A stretch of DNA of 64,000 bases from Desulfosudaceae bacterium (GTDB lineage: Bacteria > Desulfobacterota > Desulfobacteria > Desulfobacterales > Desulfosudaceae): the NCBI GenBank assembly GCA_963674745.2, contig CAXXDV010000003.1:2144001-2208000 (forward strand). The letters run 5' to 3'. A program made the position numbers and the translations under genes. The notes beneath the pieces were generated by a model. That model ran no database searches. It saw nothing but the letters and a program-made list of their open reading frames with translations, and had not been told where the DNA came from. Every line of letters starts with the position of its first letter. The stretch's first letter is position 1. Positions 58,615-64,000 of this stretch are shown here, one piece after another.

Positions 58615-60078
58615 CTACGATGGGCTGTCGAGCGGGAGAAAAACAGTGAAACAGGCGCCCTTCCCGGATCGGTTTTCCGCCTCAATCCATCCCCCATGCT
58701 CCTGGATGATGCCATATGCAATGGAAAGTCCCAGGCCGGTTCCCTCGCCCACATCCTTGGTCGTGAAAAAAGGTTCAAACAGGTGAGAAAGATGTTCCAA
58801 CGATATACCGGGGCCTTCATCTTGAACATGGATTGCCAGATATGACTTTTCATCCATATCCGCTTCCGGATGCTGCTTTTTCTCTTCGGCCAGCACCACC
58901 TCCAGGCAGCCGCCGGCAGCCATGGCCTGAATCCCGTTTAAAACCAGGTTGGTCAGCACCTGCTGAATCTGTAGCACGTCAACTGAAACAGATGATATTT
59001 GGCCCTGCCTGATGATTTTAAAGACGACTTTTGACTTATCCGCAGCCTCCCTCAACATATCCAGCACCTGATTTACAATGACTTCCATATCCTGAAGAGA
59101 CCGTTTCGGTTTTCTGCGCCGGGCAAAGGCCAGCAGATTGTTCACAATTTTTGTGATACGCTGCGCCTGCTCATCAATAATATTAGAAAATTCAATAACT
59201 TCAACAGACCCAAGCGCACCGGAGCGAATCTGTTTGGCCCGTCCGGAAATGACATTCAAGGGTGTTCCCAGTTCATGGGCCATACCGGCGGACAGCCGGC
59301 CAAGCACTGCCAGCCGTTCAGAATGGCGCAACTGCTCCATGGCCTCGATACGCCGTTCATTTTCCAGGCGTACCGCCTCCCGGCTGGCAGACAGATCCCT
59401 GCACATGGAATTCAGTGTCTGCCCGAGCGTGGCGAACTCATCGTGCCCCTTGACCACCAGGTCCGGAGCCAGGTCCCCCTGCCCTATTTTCCGTGATTTC
59501 TCAATAAACTGCATCAACGGACGATTTATCCAGTGACGGAAATGGAACCATAGAAGTCCGCCGGCCGCCAGCATGATCATTAGCCCTGTTATCAAATGAT
59601 ACCGCAGGGTATTTCTGGTGTAAGCCGTCAGGGGCATTAATGACTCACAAAGCTCTATGGCACCCTGAAAATCATCACCTGTTTTAACCGGTACATAGGT
59701 AAGGCGGCAGGGTGATTGTTCCCCGCTTTTAACAACCAGGGATATGGAACGGCCCTGTAAAACCGGCTTGAGTCTTTCCGGAGGGGCTATGGGCACATGG
59801 GATCCGTTCACCGAAGGCGTCAGGTTTACCCAGCGAATACTGATACTTTCCGCCTTTGAATTGGCGTCACGAATGAGTGCGACGGCTTTCTCCGGGCCCG
59901 AGTGTTTCCAGGCATGCCCGACCATGCCGGACATGGCCTCTCCAAGAATCTGTGCGTCCTTTATCATATCATTATGAAAAAGTTTGGTTTCACGATGGTA
60001 ACTGAAATAGCCGGCGCCAGCCAGGATGAACACGAGCAGGACAATTAAAAAAGCGTATATTTTATAAAAAAGTTTCAT
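58615..60078 (-). CDS. HAMP-domain sensor histidine kinase (NtrB/ZraS-like)
   Basis: Two TMs, HAMP, H-box AHELGTPL, N-box NLVLNG, DEGPG, FEPFFTTK, GTGLGL. Confidence 0.95.
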   Translation of the reverse strand: MKLFYKIYAFLIVLLVFILAGAGYFSYHRETKLFHNDMIKDAQILGEAMSGMVGHAWKHSGPEKAVALIRDANSKAESISIRWVNLTPSVNGSHVPIAPPERLKPVLQGRSISLVVKSGEQSPCRLTYVPVKTGDDFQGAIELCESLMPLTAYTRNTLRYHLITGLMIMLAAGGLLWFHFRHWINRPLMQFIEKSRKIGQGDLAPDLVVKGHDEFATLGQTLNSMCRDLSASREAVRLENERRIEAMEQLRHSERLAVLGRLSAGMAHELGTPLNVISGRAKQIRSGALGSVEVIEFSNIIDEQAQRITKIVNNLLAFARRRKPKRSLQDMEVIVNQVLDMLREAADKSKVVFKIIRQGQISSVSVDVLQIQQVLTNLVLNGIQAMAAGGCLEVVLAEEKKQHPEADMDEKSYLAIHVQDEGPGISLEHLSHLFEPFFTTKDVGEGTGLGLSIAYGIIQEHGGWIEAENRSGKGACFTVFLPLDSPS

Positions 60079-60149
60079 GTGTTTCCCGTTCCAACCATAG
60101 GTTAACCCGAAACACACCCGGGGTGATCAGATCATCTCAGGGACTGTGC

Positions 60150-61056
60150 TCAATTGCCGGGCATATAAATCACCCACCAGAGGGTAATGATCCACAGCAG
60201 CACAAAAATCTGCAACGGCCTGTCCCTTAAAAGAACGGAAACAGGCGAGCAGTCATCGACCGGTTTGGGTTTGATCCGTAGATACCGGAAAAGGCCCGGG
60301 GCCACCCAGACAAAGGTCAGGTAAAGGTACGGTGCGTTGTGCTCCCGGATCACAGCCGGCCAAAGGGTATAGGCCAGATAACCCGCCAGGCAGGCCAGGG
60401 CCAGAAGATACACTGCCAGTCCGGAAAAGAGGTGTTTATCATGCGTGGCCACCCCGCCCATAATTTCACACCGGCGTTTTGAAACGGACAGGAATAGGGC
60501 CAGCAGGAAAGTCAACCCCGCCAGCCAGCATGAAACCGGAACATCGATTATCGCGGCACCGGCAAAAACGCGCAGGACAAATCCCATGGCCACGCTGACG
60601 GCATTAATACCCGGTATTTTTTGAAGCTTAAAAGAATAAAGCAGGTTTAGAACGATATAAAGCCCAACAACCAGGCAATATTCCAGTCGAAACACCAGCA
60701 GGCAGAACAGGCCGGTCATGGCCAGCAAAAGAAGACAAAATACCACTGCCTCGTGAATACTGACCGTGCCTTCCGCTATCGGCCGGGCACGCTTAACCGG
60801 ATGAGCCGCGTCTTTTTTTCTGTCCGCGATATCGTTTACCACATAGACAACGCTGGCCGCCATGCAGAATCCAACAAAACCCATGAAAACCATCGCCAGG
60901 GGCATCAAATCGGTCAGCCGATGGGCAAAAAACAGGGGCACAAAAACAAAACCGTTTTTGATGTAATGGCTTGGCCGGGCCAGTAAAATGAACCGTTTCG
61001 TTTTTGCCCGGAACGTCTGGCCGTGTTTTAATTGCTGGTTGATAAATTGCCCCCAT
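60150..61056 (-). CDS. UbiA-family prenyltransferase (polyprenyl-phosphate phosphoribosyltransferase-like); start unresolved
   Basis: ARP.HYIKN, YVVNDIADRKKDAAHPVKRARPIA.G, GFVLRV.AG, KRR.E. The frame is open to 61211, but the nearest plausible ATG (61056) is out of frame by one base. Confidence 0.8.
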
Positions 61057-61155
61057 TGCCTGTTGTTACAAGAAGCTATATAGTAGAGAGAATCTAACGC
61101 TTTTTCAAGCCTGATGGTTTTAAAACAAGTTTGACGCTTCGGGGAAAGGCTTGGC

Positions 61156-62244
61156 ATGCAGCAAAACATCGTAAACGCGTTGCGCGGATACCGCCAGACG
61201 GCAGAAACCATCCGCCGGCTTCTGTTGTACAGGCAGATGGCATTTCACAAGCTGACCGGCATCCCCGTCAACCTGGCGGCCTATCTCCTCAACCGGCCGC
61301 CGCCCTGCCCGCCGCCGGTGCTCCAGTTGGACATCACCGACATGTGCAACCTCAAATGTCCGGGATGCCTGACGGGTATGGGGTATAACCGGGGAAGGCA
61401 GGGCATGATGTCTTTTGAGGTCTTTCAGACCTTGATAGACGAAGCCGCCCGCTCCACGGCGCTGGTGGTGCTTTACAACTCCGGTGAACCGCTGCTTCAT
61501 CCGGATGCGCCGAAAATGATCCGCTACCTTTCTCAAAACCGTATTGCATCCATCATCAGCACCAACGGTCATTTCATCAATTCCCGCCGGCAGGCGGAAG
61601 CACTTGTAGAAGCCGGCCTGTCGGTCATGGTGGTGTCACTTTCCGGCGCCACCCAGGCGACATATGAACGATATCATCGGGGAGGACGACTCGGCCAGGT
61701 CCTTGAAGGCGTCCGGTTAATAAGAGACGCCAGGGCTCGCCTGCAGAGAAGAACCCCGATCATCATTTTCCGGTTTCTGATCATGGATCATAACATAAAC
61801 GAAACAGCGGCCATGAAATCGCTGGCCAAAAACGCCGGCTGCGACTGGTTTGAATTCAGAAAAGTAAACTGGCAGGCGCGCCTGGTCGAGAGACCGTCAG
61901 ACATTTCGGGCCATGGCATGGGGCCGCCGAACCGGGAACGACCCGGGCGCTGCCTGTGGCCCTGGTTGATCTCCGTTGTCAACTGGAACGGGGATGTCTA
62001 CCCCTGCTGTTTCTACCGGCTGAACCTGCCGGACATGGGCAACACCATTACCGGTAAAGGGATAAAATCGATCTGGAAAAACAAAGCCTACAACCTGTTC
62101 CGGAGAAAAATGAGAACCGGCCGCAACCGGCCGGCGGCCTGTCTTGAATGCCCGGCGGAAACAGGGTTTCAAACCCGGTTCAGCCGCCAGGACAGGACCG
62201 TATATGTTTATCCCAGGAGCACCGGAACCACCCCTGACAGGTAA
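61156..62244 (+). CDS. radical SAM protein with a SPASM/twitch domain
   Basis: CNLKCPGC, GEPLLH, STNG, C.WPW...NGDVYPCC...GN, C..C. Confidence 0.92.
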   Translation: MQQNIVNALRGYRQTAETIRRLLLYRQMAFHKLTGIPVNLAAYLLNRPPPCPPPVLQLDITDMCNLKCPGCLTGMGYNRGRQGMMSFEVFQTLIDEAARSTALVVLYNSGEPLLHPDAPKMIRYLSQNRIASIISTNGHFINSRRQAEALVEAGLSVMVVSLSGATQATYERYHRGGRLGQVLEGVRLIRDARARLQRRTPIIIFRFLIMDHNINETAAMKSLAKNAGCDWFEFRKVNWQARLVERPSDISGHGMGPPNRERPGRCLWPWLISVVNWNGDVYPCCFYRLNLPDMGNTITGKGIKSIWKNKAYNLFRRKMRTGRNRPAACLECPAETGFQTRFSRQDRTVYVYPRSTGTTPDR

Positions 62245-62276
62245 TAATGGTTATACGACATTACTATCTATAAAAG

Positions 62277-62361
62277 GTGGTTAAGTGGTTATGTGGTTAT
62301 GTGATTATGTGGTTATGTGAATATGGTCGGGTGATAATGTTGCGGAAGGCTTTAGCCTTCC
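62277..62361. repeat. 6 G-rich octamers plus REP-like hairpin
   Basis: GTG(G/A)(T/A)TA(A/T) x6 at 62277-62324; GGAAGGC-TTTA-GCCTTCC at 62344-62361. Confidence 0.85.
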
Positions 62362-62416
62362 AGAGCTAAGGGCAGGTTCAGGTACCAGATGTTTGGGCAG
62401 TAGTGCAGCAACAACG

Positions 62417-63979
62417 TCAATCAAATTTCCTGATCACTGCCATGACCGGTTTTGTCAAAAGCGCCGCCAGCAAGCTGATCAGGGCCAGGAGGCTGTAATT
62501 ACCCAGTGGGATATGCTGCAGCAGAAAAGGGCCGCGGCGGGCTTCCAGCAAAAAAAGCAACGGCGAGGCACGCCAGTTAAAATAGATACGGTTATCCGAT
62601 ATAATGGAAACGCCTCTTTCCAGATAATGCTGTTTGATTAAATAATAAAACGAAATCGGTTCTCCCAGGCAGAAATAAATCTGCTGGACAATGCAAGCCA
62701 GAAAAAACAAGGCCCACAGACGGCGACCCCACCTTCCAGATTCTTGTTGGTGGTCCGTAACAGCCTGTTCGGATAAAAAAGTCGCAACCGGCAGCAACAG
62801 AAAGGGCACAACCGGCATCAGGTATCTCGGCCCCAGGCAGAACCCGCCGTGCCAGTCACTTCGGCAGGCGAGAAACACCCAATGAAACACGATTGTGTTG
62901 GCCAGCACCCAGGACAGGAGCCGATTAGTGACATGAAGGCGGCGCCACCATATAAGGCAAACGAGAACGATCGGGCAATACCATAATAGCCCTTTTCCGG
63001 GACTGACCAGAAGACCGGACAGCCCTTCCCAGGGCGAAACAAATGTGCCGTAAGTAACAGGAGAGATCAACCGCCCGGTTTTCAGAATATGACCGAACCG
63101 GGCGTAGTTCAACCAGCAGAAAACAGCAGCAAAAACAGAAAATCCACCGGTAAATACCAGGGCAGCCGCCAGCCCTTTTTTTATCCGCCTCATCCCCTTG
63201 CCTGTTTTAACGCTGGGATAAACACCATACACAAGAAAAAAGGGTACAAAAAGAACGGCCCTTAGATGAACAAAAAAGCCCAGGCCGATAAACAAACCAG
63301 CCCCTGCTAACCACAAATATCCCTTCATTTCTTCGCCATCAGAGGCGGCATTGCGCATGAGGCAGTAAAAAGAAATCAGCGTCCAGAGCATGGTCAACGG
63401 CTCTCTAAACATGGTCCCGGAATAACTCCAAAAAGGCGTCGCCAGGGCCAGGAGTAGCGTAGTAGTCAGTGCGACGGAAAGGGAGGGGACAAGCTGTCGG
63501 ACAATAAAAAAGAACACCACCATTACAAACGCGCTGACAAGCGGTGTAAAAAAAGAGACGAGAAAACGCAGGGCATGTTTTTCCGGATATTCCGGTAGGG
63601 TTTCATGAATGTAGTCTTTCAACGAATCCCCACTGACCGCAAAACTGATCGGAATACTAAAGGTCTCCGTTTCAAACCATCGGGACCGGTTAATCTTCAT
63701 GGCCAGCTTGATCATCGGGACCATTAATATGGATTGACCCGGTGCGTAACCTGTATAAAGTTGACCGTCGAGCCCGCGGGCGACACCGAATCCCCGCCAT
63801 GCGGCCAGATCATATTTCAGGGCCATGGAACCGTTTGCTGCCAGCGCCTCACCGGTTCGAAAGATAATTTCCCCATCGGGACTTCGTATCCCGCCATAGG
63901 CCATCAAACAATACGCCCCTATGCAAAACGTAAAAAGCAGTAACGCCCCGGCCATCTGTCTGTATCGTACAGAACTCAT
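62417..63979 (-). CDS. polytopic membrane protein, probable GT-C (ArnT/PMT-like) glycosyltransferase
   Basis: Acidic motif after TM1 (SPDGE), ATPFWSYS..FREP, LLVSPGKGLLWYCP, WHGG..GPRYL; about 11-13 TMs. Confidence 0.65.
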   Translation of the reverse strand: MSSVRYRQMAGALLLFTFCIGAYCLMAYGGIRSPDGEIIFRTGEALAANGSMALKYDLAAWRGFGVARGLDGQLYTGYAPGQSILMVPMIKLAMKINRSRWFETETFSIPISFAVSGDSLKDYIHETLPEYPEKHALRFLVSFFTPLVSAFVMVVFFFIVRQLVPSLSVALTTTLLLALATPFWSYSGTMFREPLTMLWTLISFYCLMRNAASDGEEMKGYLWLAGAGLFIGLGFFVHLRAVLFVPFFLVYGVYPSVKTGKGMRRIKKGLAAALVFTGGFSVFAAVFCWLNYARFGHILKTGRLISPVTYGTFVSPWEGLSGLLVSPGKGLLWYCPIVLVCLIWWRRLHVTNRLLSWVLANTIVFHWVFLACRSDWHGGFCLGPRYLMPVVPFLLLPVATFLSEQAVTDHQQESGRWGRRLWALFFLACIVQQIYFCLGEPISFYYLIKQHYLERGVSIISDNRIYFNWRASPLLFLLEARRGPFLLQHIPLGNYSLLALISLLAALLTKPVMAVIRKFD

Positions 63980-64000
63980 GAATGGATGATCTCTTATGAC

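Overview
This is a 64 kb chromosomal segment of a bacterium, most likely a deltaproteobacterium (Desulfobacterota). That assignment is inferred from gene content and repeat style, not from a search. The window has about 55 protein genes and no recognisable rRNA, tRNA, CRISPR array, prophage or transposase. Main blocks: a class III cyclase-like gene and signalling genes (CheY, CheC, PilZ, a receiver-TM-DUF1566 protein); a type II secretion cluster (gspG-H-I-J-K-L-M-N-C-D-E on the minus strand, gspF separate and convergent); housekeeping genes (ihfA, U32 protein, cooC, HelY-like helicase, dnaE, guaB, Sua5/YciO, sppA, rpsA, cmk, hisC, NamZ-like, RNase H); a moxR-DUF58-batABDE operon; a kinase/receiver/yfdX locus with a sigma54-type promoter; and a UbiA/radical SAM/GT-C block. 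dnaE is broken by a one-base frameshift in a G run. The most unusual signal is non-coding: eight intergenic regions carry mosaics of phased 7-8 bp telomere-like repeats, six of them with GTAG-type REP hairpins. Two of the eight share a diverged ~170 bp core that is framed by inverted octamer arrays and sits in inverted orientation around guaB and the Sua5/YciO gene. A separate 184 bp MITE-like element shares its terminal TGA with the gspE stop codon. All family assignments come from motif recognition by eye; no database search was run.
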